Assembly (NCBI RefSeq): GCF_009914755.1
Contig: NC_060947.1
Strand: one strand, 5' to 3'
Length of the DNA stretch: 64,000 bases
Source: the human T2T-CHM13v2.0 reference genome, Homo sapiens
Below the pieces are notes generated by a model. The model was not told the DNA's origin and did not search any database. It was given only the letters and a program-made list of their open reading frames with translations. A program made the position numbers and the translations under genes. This document shows, piece by piece, positions 24,818 through 37,290 of the stretch (within the stretch, counting starts at the first letter, position 1; the number at the start of each line of letters is the position of its first letter).

Positions 24818-27800
24818 GTGCCTATTTTTAAAGCCTGTAGATTTTTATCCAACAGGCCATTCTTTTTCTATGGCTGATTTTAACATATACTCTTTGTTTT
24901 TGTTTTTTAGCAGCTTTTCTATAATGTGCATAAGTGTGATTTAAAAAATGTATCTTGGTTGACGTTTGAAGGGTTTCTTCAATCTGTGACTTTATGTTTT
25001 AGACAGTTGATGAAGTTCTCAGCCATTATTTCTTTAGGTATTACATCTGCCTGATTCAACAACAGAATCTCAAGTCTTCCTGAAGTTCAACAACACATAT
25101 TTGTTAAACCTTCTCTCTGTATTCTCTTACTCTTAAATTTTCATCCTTTTGTAATTCTATGATTCATTCTGGGTGGTTTCTTCTAATCTACCTTCCCGTT
25201 CGATACTTTTCTCTTCATCTATGTATACTCTGCTGTTAAATCCATTCATCCATTCATTTAGTTATTAATTTAGATTATTCTATTTTTTCAGTTCTAGCAT
25301 TTTCATTTTATGTTTTTTATAGTTTTCTTTATCTGCAGAAATTCTTGATATTGTGTTTTATTTCCTTAGGCAGAGTAAGTATATTTATTTTAACTCTATG
25401 TTGGATAAGTCTAATATCTGAGGCCCCAGTGGTTCTTTTTCTATGGTCTGTCATTTCTGATGACTTTTGTTAATTTTGTCTTATCTTCTTCTGCACTTGG
25501 TGTGTGCTAGATATTGTATTTTGCAAAACTTCAGAAATAATTTGAGGCTGATATTATCTCTCTCTAAAGAGGATTTGTATTTGTGTCTGCTAGGCATGTA
25601 GGAGCATTAGCACTTTGGAAGTAAGTTCCATGATTGAAATTATTCAAAGTTGAACTGAAGTACTTGTGAGAGTCTGTCTACCTTTGGTTCACCCTGACTC
25701 TGAGGTGCAGCTCTTTCAGTGTCACAACCCAGGGACATTCAAGTTCACCAGGCACACTTCTTGGCAAGATTTCAATTCCAATCTCTGCTTCCCTAGCCTC
25801 TAGAGGCTATCTAAACTTCTGCATAGCCTCTCAACACTCCTCTTAACAACTGCATATGCTCTACTGGGAAAGGTGGCCCTGACATTAGGCTCAACTTGCC
25901 CCACTCACTCCTATTCTGAACCAGTTATTCTTCACTATCTTGTTAGTCCTCCAATGCCTTCAGAAAACCTTTAAAAAATATGCTTTGTCTAGTTTTCCTA
26001 GAAGATCAGGAGGATTGGTTTCATTACCTTTCTTTTTGTAACTTTTATTTTAAGTTTAGGTGTGCAAGTGCAGATTGTTACATAGGTAAACTTGTGTTAT
26101 GGGGGTTTGTTGTATAGATTATTTCATCACCCAGGCATTAATCCCAAAACCAGTTATTTTTCCTGATCCTCTCCTTCCTCTGACCTTCCACCCTCAGAAT
26201 GTCCCCAGTATGTTGTTCCCCCATGTGTCCATAGGTTCTCATAATTTAGCTCCACTTATAAGTGAGAACATGCGGTATTTGGTTATACCACATTTTCTTT
26301 ATTCAGTCTACCATTGATGGGTGTTTAGATTGACTCCATGTCTTTGCTATCGTGAATAGTGCTGCAAGAAATTATTGCATGCATGTGTCTTTATAATATA
26401 ATGATTTCTATTCCTTTGGGTATATACACAATAACAGAATTGGTGGTATTTCTATCTTCAGGTCTTTGAGAAATCACCACACTGTTTTCCACAGTGGCTG
26501 AACTAATTTACACACCCACCAACAGTGTATAAGTGTTCGTTTTTCTCCACAACATTGCTAGTATCTGTTATTTTTTGACTTTTTAGTAATAGCCATTCTG
26601 ACTGGTGTGAGATGGCATCTCGTTGTGGTTTTAATTTGCATTTCTCTAATGATCAGTGATGTTGAGGTTTTTTTCATATGCTTGTTGTCTTCATGTATGT
26701 CTTCTTTTAAGAAGTGTCTGTACATGTCCTTTGCCCACTTTTTACAGGGTTATTTTGTTGTTGTTGTTGTTGTTGTAAATTTAAGTTCCTTGTAGTCTCT
26801 GTTTATTAGAACTTTGTCGGATTGATAGATTGCAAAAATTTTCTCCCATTCTGTAGGTTGTCTGTTTACTCTCTTGATAGTTTCTTTTCCTGTGCAGAAG
26901 CTCTTTAGTTTAATTAGATCCCATTTGTCAATTTTTGCTTTTGTTGTCATTGCTTTTGGCATCTTTATCATGAAATCTTTGCCCGTACCTATGTCCTGAA
27001 TGGTATTGCCTAGGTTGTATTTCAGGGTTTTTAGTAGTTTTGAGTCTTACATTTAAGTCTTTAATGCATCTTGCATTAACTTTTGTATATGGTGTAAAGA
27101 AGGGATCCAGTTTCAGTCTTCTGCGTATGGCTAGCCAGTTATTCCAACATCACTTATCAGATAGGGAATCCTTTCTTCATTGCTTGTCAGGTTTGTCAAA
27201 GATCAGATGGTTGTAGGTGTGTGCTCTTATTTTTGGGTTCTCTATTCTGTTCCATTGGTCTATGTGTCTGTTTTTGTACCAGCACCATGCTGTTTTGGTT
27301 ACTGTAGCCTTGTAGTATAGTTTGAAGTCAGGTAGCGTGATGACTGTAGCTTTGTTCTTTCTGCTCAGGATTGCCTTGACTCTTCAGGTTTTTGGTTCCA
27401 TATGATTTTTAAAATAGTTTTCTCTAGTTCTGTGAAGAATATCAATGGTAGTTTAATAAGAATAGCATTGAATCTATAAATTGCTTGGGCAGTATGGCCA
27501 TTTTAACAATATTGATTTTTCCTATTCATGAGCATGGAATGTTTTCCACTTGTTTGTGTCATCTCTGATTTCTTTGAGCAGTGGTTTGTAGTTCTCCATT
27601 CTCCTTGTAGAGATCTTTTACCTCCCTAGTTAGCTGTATTCCTGGGTATTTCATTCTTTTCATGGCAATTGTGAATGGGAGTTCATTCCTGATTTGGCTG
27701 TTGGCTTGACTGTTTTTGGTGTATACGAATGCTATTGATTTTTGCACATTGATTTTGTATCCTAAAATTTTGCTGAAGTTGTTTATCAGATCAAGGAGAT

Positions 27801-30719
27801 TTTGGGCTGAAGCTATGGGGTTTTCTAGATATAGAATCATGTCATCTACAAACAGGGATAGTTTGACTTCCTCTCTTCCTATTTGCATGCCCTTTATTTC
27901 TTTCCCTTGCCTGGTTTCTCTGGCCAGGGCTTTCGATACTATGTTGAATAGCAGGGGCGAGAGAGGGCATCCTAGTCTTGTGCCACTTTTCAAGGGGAAT
28001 GCTTCCAGCTTTTGTCCATAGATATTGGCTATAGGTTTGTCATAGATGGCTCTAATTATTTTGAGGTATGTTCCTTCAATACCTAGTTTATTGAGGGTTT
28101 TTAACTTGAATGGATGTTGGATTTTATTGAAAGGCTTTTCTGCCTGTATTGAGATAATCATTTGTTTCTTGTCCTTAGTTCTGTTTATGTGATGAATCAC
28201 AGTTACTAATTTGTGTATACTGAACCCACATTACATCCCAGGAATAAAGCCTACTTGATTGTGGTGGATAGATTTTTGATGTGCTGCTGGATTCAGTTTG
28301 CCAGTATTTTGTTGAGGAGTTTTGCATCAATGTTTATCAAGGATATTGGCCTGAACATCCAAAAAGAAAAAAAATGCAAAAGGGTGTTTTTTGTGTGTGT
28401 GTGTGTCTGCCAGATTTCAGTATCAGGATGATGGTGGCCTCCCAGAATGAATTAGGGAGAAGTCTCTCTTCCTTAATTTTTTGGAATAGTTTTAGTAGGA
28501 ATGGTACCAGCTCTTCTTTGTACATACTGTAGAATTCAGCTGTGAGTCTGTCTGGTCCTGGGCCTTTTTTGGTTGGTAGGCTCATTATTGGTCTGTTCAG
28601 GGATTCAGTTTCTTCCTGGTTCAGTCTTGGAAGGGTGTATGTGTCCAGAAATATTCCCATTTCTTCCATATTTTCTAGTTTTTGTGCACAGAGGTGTTCA
28701 TAGTATTCTCTGATGATTGTTTATATTTCTGTGGGGTCAATGGTAATATCCTCTTTGTTGTTTCTGATTATGTTTATTTGAATATTCTCTCTTTTCTTCT
28801 TTATTAGTCTAGCTAGCAGTCTATGTATTTTTTTAAGTTTTTCAAAAAACCAGCTCCTGGATTTGTTGATCTTTTGAATTTTTTTTTGTGTGTGTGTCTC
28901 TATGTCCTTCAGTTCAGTTCTGATTTTAGTTATTTCTTGTCTTTTGCTAGGTTTGGGATTTGTTTGCTCTTGGTTCTCTAGTTCTTTTAGTTGTGATGTT
29001 AGGTTGTTAATTTGAGATCTTCCTATCTTTTTGATGTGGGCATTTAGTGCTATAAATTTCCTTCTTAACACTGCCTTAGCTGTGTCCCAGAGATTCTGGT
29101 ACATTGTCTTTTTGTTCTCATTAGTGTCAAAGAACTTCTTGATTTCTACCTTAATTTCGTGATTTACCCAAAAGTCACTCAGGAGCAGGTTATTCAGTTT
29201 CCATGTAATTGTATAGTTCTGAGTGAATTTCTTAGGCTTGATTTCTAATTTGATTGTGCTGTGGTCCAAGAGGCTGTTTGTTATAATTTCAGTTCTTTTG
29301 CATTTGTTGAGGAGTGTTTTACTTACAACTATGTGATCAATCTTAGAGTAAGTGCCATGTGGTGATGAGAAAAATGTATATTCTATTGTTTCTGGGTAGA
29401 GAGTTCTATAGATATCTATCAGGTCCATTTGATCCAGTGCTGAGTTCAGGTCCTGAATATCTTTGTTAATTTTCTGTCCTGATGATCTAATATTGTCAAT
29501 GGGGTGTTAGAGTCTCCCATTATTATTGTGTGGGAGTCTGTCTCTTTGAAGGTCTCTAAGAACTTGCTTTATGAATCTGAGTGCTCCTGTGTTGGGTGCA
29601 TATATATTTACGATAGTTAGATCCTCTTGTTGACTTGAACCTTGTACCATTATGTATTGCCCTTCTTTGTTTTTTTTTCTTAACCTTTGTTGGTTTAAAA
29701 TCTAGAAACTAGAATTGCAATCCCTGCCTTTTTCTGTTTTCCATTTGCTTAGTATATTTTCCTCTATTCCTTTATTTTGAGCTTATGAGTGTCATTACAT
29801 GTGAGATGGGACTCTTGAAGACAGCATGCTGTTGGGTCTTGCTTTTTTATCCAGCTCGCCACTCTGTGAAGTGGGGCATTCAGCCCATTTCCCTTCAAGG
29901 TTACTAGTGATATGTGTGGATTTGATCCTGCCATTGTGCTATTATACGGTTATTTTGCAGACTTATTTATGTGGTTGCTTTATAGTGTCACTAGTCTGTG
30001 TGCTTCATTGTGTTTTTGTAGTTGCTGGTAATGGTCTTTCCTTTCCATATTTAGTGCTTCCTTCAGGAGCTCTTGTAAGGCAGGTCTGGTTGTAACAAAT
30101 TCCCTCAGCATTTGCTTGTCTGAAAAGGATCTTATTTCTCCTTTGCTTATGAAGCTTAGTTTGGATGTATGTTAAATTTTGGGTTGGAATTTCTTTTCTT
30201 TAAGAATTCTAAATATTGGCCCCCAATCTCTTCTGGCTTGTAGGGTTTTGGCTGAGAGGTCTGCTGTTAATATGATGGGCTTCTCTTTGTAGGTGACCTG
30301 GCCTTTCTCACCAGCTGCCTTTAACATTTTTGTCTTTCATTTCAACCTTGGAGAATCAGATGATTATGTGTCTTGTGGATGATCTTCTCATGGAGTATCT
30401 TACTGGGGTTCTGTGCATTTCCTGAATTTGAACGTTGGCCTTTCTAGCTAGGTTGAGGATGTTCTCATGGATGATATCCTGAAATATCTTTTCCAAGTTG
30501 GTTCTATTCTCCCCACCTCTTTCAGGCAGGCCAATCAGTTGTAGATTCAGCCTCTTTACGTAATCCCATATTTCTCAGATGTTTTGTTCATTCTTTTTCA
30601 TTCTTTTTTTTCCTCTATTCTTGTCTGCCTGTCTTATTTCTGCAAGGCAGTCTTCAAGCTCTGAGATTCTTTCCTCTGCTTGGTCTATTCTGCTATTAAT
30701 ACTTGTGATTGGATTATGA

Positions 30720-31107
<388 letters not shown>

Positions 31108-31408
31108 CTTTTTTTTTTTTTTTTTTTGAGACAGTGTCTTGCTCTGTTGCCAAGGCTGGAGTGCAGTGGCATGGTCTCAGCTCACTGCAAACTCCACTTC
31201 CTGGATTCAAGTGATTCTCCTGCCTCAGCCTCCTGAGTAGCTGGGACTACAGGTGCACACCATCATGCCCAGCTAATTTTTGTATTTTTAGTAGAGACAG
31301 GGTTTTGCTGTGTTGGCCAGGCTGGTCTTAACTCCTGACCTCAAGTCATCCACCTGCCTCAGCCTCCCAAAGTGCTGGGATCACAGGCATGAGCCACCAC
31401 ACTCAGCC
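31108..31408 (-). mobile_element. AluS
   Basis: Reverse Alu with a poly-T run at 31108-31127. Confidence 0.9.
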
Positions 31409-33299
31409 ATCTCCTGCAATGTTTTACCATGATTTTTAGCTTCCTTGCATTGGGTTACAACATACAGCTTTAGCTCAGTGAACTTCATTCTTATCCATAT
31501 TCTGAATTCTACTTCTGTCATTTCAGCCATCTCAGCCTCAACCTGTTTCCTCACCCTTGCTGGATAGGTGATGTGGTCATTTGGAGGAAAGAAGGCATGC
31601 TGGCTTTTTGAGTTTTCAGCCTTCTTGCATTGATTCCTTCTTGTCTTTGTGGGCTTATCTGCCTTCAATCTTTGAGATTTCTGACTTTTGGATTTTTTTT
31701 CTTTTAACAGTCTGGCCACTTTTCTGTAGGGCTGCTGCAGTATGCTGGGGGCCCACTCCAGTCCCTAGTCACCTCAGATTTTCCAGTACCTGAAGCTATC
31801 ACCAGTGAAGGTTGTGAAACAGCAAAGGTGGAAGCCTGCTCCTTTATCAGAGAGCTCCATCCCAGGGAGGTACAGACCTGTTGCTGGCCCAAATGCACCT
31901 GTAGGAGGTGGCTGGTGACCCCGGATGGGCGGTCTCTTCCATTCAGGAGGAATGGAATTGGGGACCTGCTTAAAAATATAGTCCGGCCATGTTTTTGTTG
32001 AGCAGCTGTGCTGGGCTGGGGGCACACTTCAGCCCCTGGTCACCTCTTAAGGCTGAAGGCTGGAATGGCTGAGTCACCTGAACAGCAAAGATGGTGGCCT
32101 TCCTTTCATCTTGGGAGCTCTGTTCCAGGGAGACCTGAAACCTCTGTCAGACAGAGAACACTGGTGGGCGTAGCCGAAGACCCTGGTTGGGTGGCTCTAC
32201 CTGGTGATATAGAACAAGTTTGGGGACTCACTTAAAAAAGCAGTCTGGCCATGTTTTCGGGGGCTGTTGTGCTGTGCTGGGGCACCACTTCTGCCCCTGG
32301 TAGCCTCAGACACACCAAAGCTTGAAGGCTAGAACTGCTAAGATGTCCAACAACAAAGATGGTGGCCCACCCCTCCCTTTGGGAGTTTTGTCCCAGGGAG
32401 TTTTCAAATCTTTTTTGGCCAGAGAACACCAGCAGGGGTTGCTGAACGCCCCAGTTGGGAGGTCCCCCCACAGTGAGGAGGAAGGGATTGGGGAAAAGAA
32501 ACAGTCTGGCCATGTTTTGGTAGAGCAGCTGTGCTGTGCTGGGGGATCCCTTCTGCCCCTGGTCAGTTTGGACTCTCCAGAGCCCACAGGCTGGAATGGC
32601 TAAGTCACCCAAATGACAAAGATGGAGGCCCGCCCCTCCCCGTGGGTGCTCCATCCCAGGTAGGTGCCACACTGCTACTGGTGGCTGGCTGGAATTCCAA
32701 GCCAGTGGGTTTTATCCTGTGAAGTGCCGTGGACATGGGGCCTGCAGACCATCCCTGCTTGGCCCCCTGGTTTCAGCCTCTTTCCTAGGGGTAGTAGGAG
32801 TTCTAACCTACTTTGCTGGAGTTGCAGTTACTTTTGCTGGGAAGCCCAGAGCCAGAGTATTTAAAGCTCCCTGGTCTCCACGTGTGTCTGAATGGCTGCT
32901 CTGCCAAGACCCTGCATAGCTCTGTGTGTCAGACTGAAGGCCTTGGTGGAGTGGTTTCATGAGGGGATCTTCTGACCCAAGGGTCGCAAAGATCAGTGGG
33001 AGAGGCGTGGGTTTCTGGGGTTGTACATTCACTCACTGCTTCCCTAGGAGGTGGAACTTCCCTTGGCTTCGTGTCGCTCCTGGGTGGGCCATCATCCCGC
33101 TTTGCTTTTCTTTGTTCTTCGTAGGTCAAGTTGTTTCCTTGATTAGTCCCAATGCAAGTACATGGACATTTCAGTTGAAGGTGCTGTATTTACTCACCCC
33201 TTCTGTTCCTCTCCATGAGAGCCATCCACCCTAGCTGCTTCTAATTGGCCATCTTGGCCACTCCACCTCTCATTTTTCTAACTCACCATTGAGATCTTT

Positions 33300-33760
33300 A
33301 AGTAAACTTTTGTTGAAGTATACTGTATATACAGAAAAGTGCACAAGTGATCAGCTCAATACATTTTCACAAAGTGAGCAAGAAATAAACATGAACCACA
33401 CACTGGAAGTTCCCTCCAAGTCCCCATCTAGTCACTAATGCATCCTAAGTGTAACCACTATTCTGACTTCTAAAAACATAGATAGTTTTGAATTTTAAAA
33501 AACTTTAGGTAAGCAGAATCATACAGTATATATTATTTTGTGTCTAATTTTTTGCTAACATCTGTGAGAGTAATCCATACTGTTGCATGTAGAGTATTCA
33601 TTGCTATTTATGTATGTACTATATTTTATGTATCCATTCTATTAATGACGGATATTTAGATTGTTTCCAGCTTGGGACTATTATGAATAGTGCTGCTATG
33701 AACATTTTTATACATGTCGTTTGGTAAATATATGCATGCATTTCTCTTGGGTGTAATGTC
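33300..33760 (-). mobile_element. Old L1ME/L1MC 3'-end fragment
   Basis: TATACAGAAAAGTGCACAAG, GTAACCACTATTCTGACTTCTAA and GATTGTTTCCAG.TTGGG.CTATTATGAATAGTGCTGCTATGAACATT motifs. Confidence 0.65.
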
Positions 33761-34475
33761 ATAAATTGTGCACAGTTTTACTCTGAAAACAAAATTAGGG
33801 GGTAGAGCCTGGAGTATAGTGAACTCAGCAAGGCAAATTCTATCTCATGGGGGCCTGTTGGGAAAACTAGGTGGTCTTGTCCAAGAGACCGCTCTGTTAA
33901 TTTCCATGTCCCACTGAACTTAACACTTGACACTTCAGCTAGACTGTGTATTGCCTTAAATACTATTCTCAGAAATAACCAGTGGTGTCATTCTAGCAAG
34001 TATCACTCCAGAAAACTCCTTATACGTACAAAAGGCATAAAAAATCTTTTTAAAAAGTCATTATTTCCAAGAAAAGTGAGCAGAGGCAAGAAAAATGTAA
34101 TTAAACATATTTATCTCTCCATGCCTTGTTTTATGAAATCTGCTTTTTTCATGGGTCTAAGCAAGATGATGGATATTAGTTGCTGAGGGGAGGGGAAGTA
34201 AAAAGACGTGCTGTTGCCCAGTATTCTAGGATGAAGATAAAGAAGTATAAATACAAAGAAACAGTTGCTCCAGGAGAAGATAAGAAAGTATCAGAATAAG
34301 TTTTGTCTCTGGAAATCAGAGAAAAACAAATTCCAACAAAATGGTAATGCACTTTCTTTTGGATTCCAGGATTGGTGAAGAAAAAAAAATGAGTAACAGG
34401 TCTGGTGTGCTGGGGGGAAGAGAGAGAGGCAGGCACACTCTTGCATCACTACTGGTGGCAACCATGGCTCATTAG

Positions 34476-37290
34476 TGACATATATCTCAGGTGACCAAGA
34501 TCTGTGGGAAAGTCAAATCTTTTTGATCCAGCCATCAGCTCTCTGCTGTTGACCTCAGAGAGGCACGTTTGTAGATGAGTGAAGAAAGAAGAAACTGCTC
34601 TGGTTATGTGCAGGGTGGTGTGAGAATGAGGATTGCCTGGGAAGTCTTAGGGTCAAGATTGGGACAGAGTCATCTTCCCCTACACTCTCGCCCCACCCAC
34701 CAGCTTATTTTAGTTCTCTAAATGGTGCATAGGATCGGGGGAGAGTTGGTGTTGCGGAACCGAGAGTGAGAGGTGAGAAATGTTTGACAGAGTCCAGAAT
34801 CAGTAAAAGGAACTGTGGCCTATCACCCAGCACTGTGTTCACCCACCCTACTGATAGATATTGGTTTGTTTGTCTGTCTGTAGGGGGCAGTGCAACCCAA
34901 GAAAAAGGAAGAAGAAAATTACAGGTTATCTGGCAGAGACTGAAGAAAGAATGTATTCCTTCAAGGATATGTGGAGCCAGAACCTGTCACAAGAGGGTGG
35001 TACACACAAGTGCTAAACTAGAACTTGCCCTTCTACTCCTGTCCTGTTTTCGGAAAACCCTTAATCCCAATCCTTTATGGCTCTGGGAAAGCAGTGTCAA
35101 AATCTATAGCACAGAAAGGGGAGTGAGGTGAGGTAGATCAGAAAAGTGGGCATTCATAGGAGAAGGGCCAGGAATAAAGTGGCAGGAGGCCAGGGTGGGG
35201 AAGATGGGTGTGCCTGAGACCTAAATGGGAGACTCTGGAAAGTTATATTCCTCACTCTGGAGTGGATGCACCTGAAACTTATGTGTCAATGCATTTACCA
35301 ATCTCTATCCTCTTTTCTCTGTCTACCTGTAGACAATAATCTAAGTAAGGGAGGAAAGAAATTGCTCCACAGAGTGTGATATGCTGGAGATAAGGGGTGG
35401 AAACGAGGCGTCCGAGGCAGACTACAGAGTCCAGAGGCAATTCAGCTTCTCCCTCTCACAGCCTTTGTTTTTTTCTCCTCTTATATTGGTGCTGGAAAAA
35501 GATAAATGCTACACCTGTGGGAAAATAGTGGAAATGAGCTTGAGGGAGGTTAAACCCCAGAGGAGGAACATTTGAAAATTAAGACCTTCAATCCGGAAAT
35601 AGAGATACTGATACCCTTGTATCCTGTGCATTGACATGTCTCTTTGGGGAGACTCATCTGAAAGCTTTATGTGTTTGCATTGCTGCTAGGTCCATGTTGG
35701 ATGGCAATTAGATTGATTGTGTCCAGGAAAAGAATGTCTAACAATCTCCTTCCTAGAATGCCACAACTAGAGCACCTTTTAAAGAGTGATGCCCATCTGT
35801 GACTTGCATTAGATGTGGGATATACTCAGACTGACGAATTTGTGAAAGAAGATATGGAAGTCTGGTCTACAAGTTGACACAGTGTTCATCCACTTATCAG
35901 AAGAAGGCACAACCAAGCAAGAAAAACAAAAAGAGCGTGGGAGCTGCAGACAGTGGGGAAGACAGGCAAGGTCCATGATCTTCAGTCAAGAACTGAGGAT
36001 AAGCCAAGCCCTGGGGATCAGTCTGACAATAATCATGGGCAGTAAGAACTCTCAGCCTCTCCAAAAGCAAACCATCGAAATAAAAATGAATGACCTATTC
36101 CCCCAATGAAAATAAAAAAATTTCTGGGTATGCTCAAAACTTTAAAAATGGCAGTTGTGTTCTAGACCTCTCCAAGTGTCTTTTCATTCAGGGAAAACTG
36201 TTGTTTGCCGAGCCCAAGGATGCGGGCTTTCCATTTAGCCAGGATATCAATAGCCATTTGGCCAGCCTCTCAATGGCTAGAAACACGAGCCCCACTCCAG
36301 ACCCCACTGTTAGAGAGGCTTTGTGTGCCCCGGATAACTTAAATGCGAGTATTGAAAGTCAGGGCCAGATTAAGATGTACATCAATGAAGTGTGTCGGGA
36401 GACTGTGTCACGTTGCTGCAACTCATTTCTGCAGCAGGCCGGATTAAATTTGTTAATAAGCATGACAGTTATTAATAACATGCTTGCCAAGTCCGCTTCA
36501 GACTTGAAGTTTCCTTTGATATCAGAGGGAAGTGGATGTGCTAAGGTTCAGGTTTTGAAACCGCTGATGGGTTTGTCTGAAAAGCCAGTCTTGGCGGGGG
36601 AGTTAGTCGGTGCCCAGATGCTCTTCTCATTCATGTCCCTCTTTATCAGAAATGGAAACAGAGAGATTCTCCTGGAAACCCCTGCCCCATAAACGGCCCT
36701 CTCGAACACAATGGGACGGAATCCACCCACAACGCGCTTGGTTTGCAGATGTCAAAGAATCTGCAGAGGGTGCTACTGAAGATCCAGCCTTAGCCAATCA
36801 CCACCTCATTGGGTGAAAGTTCCAGGGCTCAATCCAGGACCACACTCTTATTGGCCAGGCAGGGGCTCCCACAGAGCTTTGAGTAACTTCTTGGTTGTGC
36901 AGTCTGCAGGCAATGTTGGCATTGTAAATTCCTCCCTTGCAGCCTCCTTCATGTGGTGAGGGGATCACTTCAGCTGCCTGCTGTGGACAAAGAACATCAA
37001 ATTACAGCATCACGAGTGCTATTGTTGCCTGTGGTGGTCTCCCTGTCCAAGCGGGACCGCTTTGCAGAGACCAGAGGCATATCGCGGCTTGAGCTGAAAA
37101 TGCATTTGTTGCAGCTTAGGTTGAATTATTTTTCGTTTGCTCTTTCTTCTACACGCGCCTGATGGATAGTGAACCTATTCATCAAAAAAGTGCACTGCTC
37201 TTCTGTCTATTGTACCGACTTAACCTCTTCCACCCAAGTCCGCATCTGTGTGTATCATCAATAAAGTTGTGTGCTTTGATTGGCAGAAAA
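34476..37290 (+). pseudogene. ARMCX7P: ARMCX6-like pseudogene (ARMCX7P-like): decayed promoter, exon 1 and N-terminal region, plus a 3' part essentially identical to ARMCX6
   Basis: ORF 36090-36692 is identical to ARMCX6 from KNGSCV to the stop; colinear degenerate matches upstream (promoter 34476-34500, exon 1 34579-34613, VYKLT codons 35865-35879); AATAAA at 37260-37265. The symbol is recalled from the locus. Confidence 0.75.
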
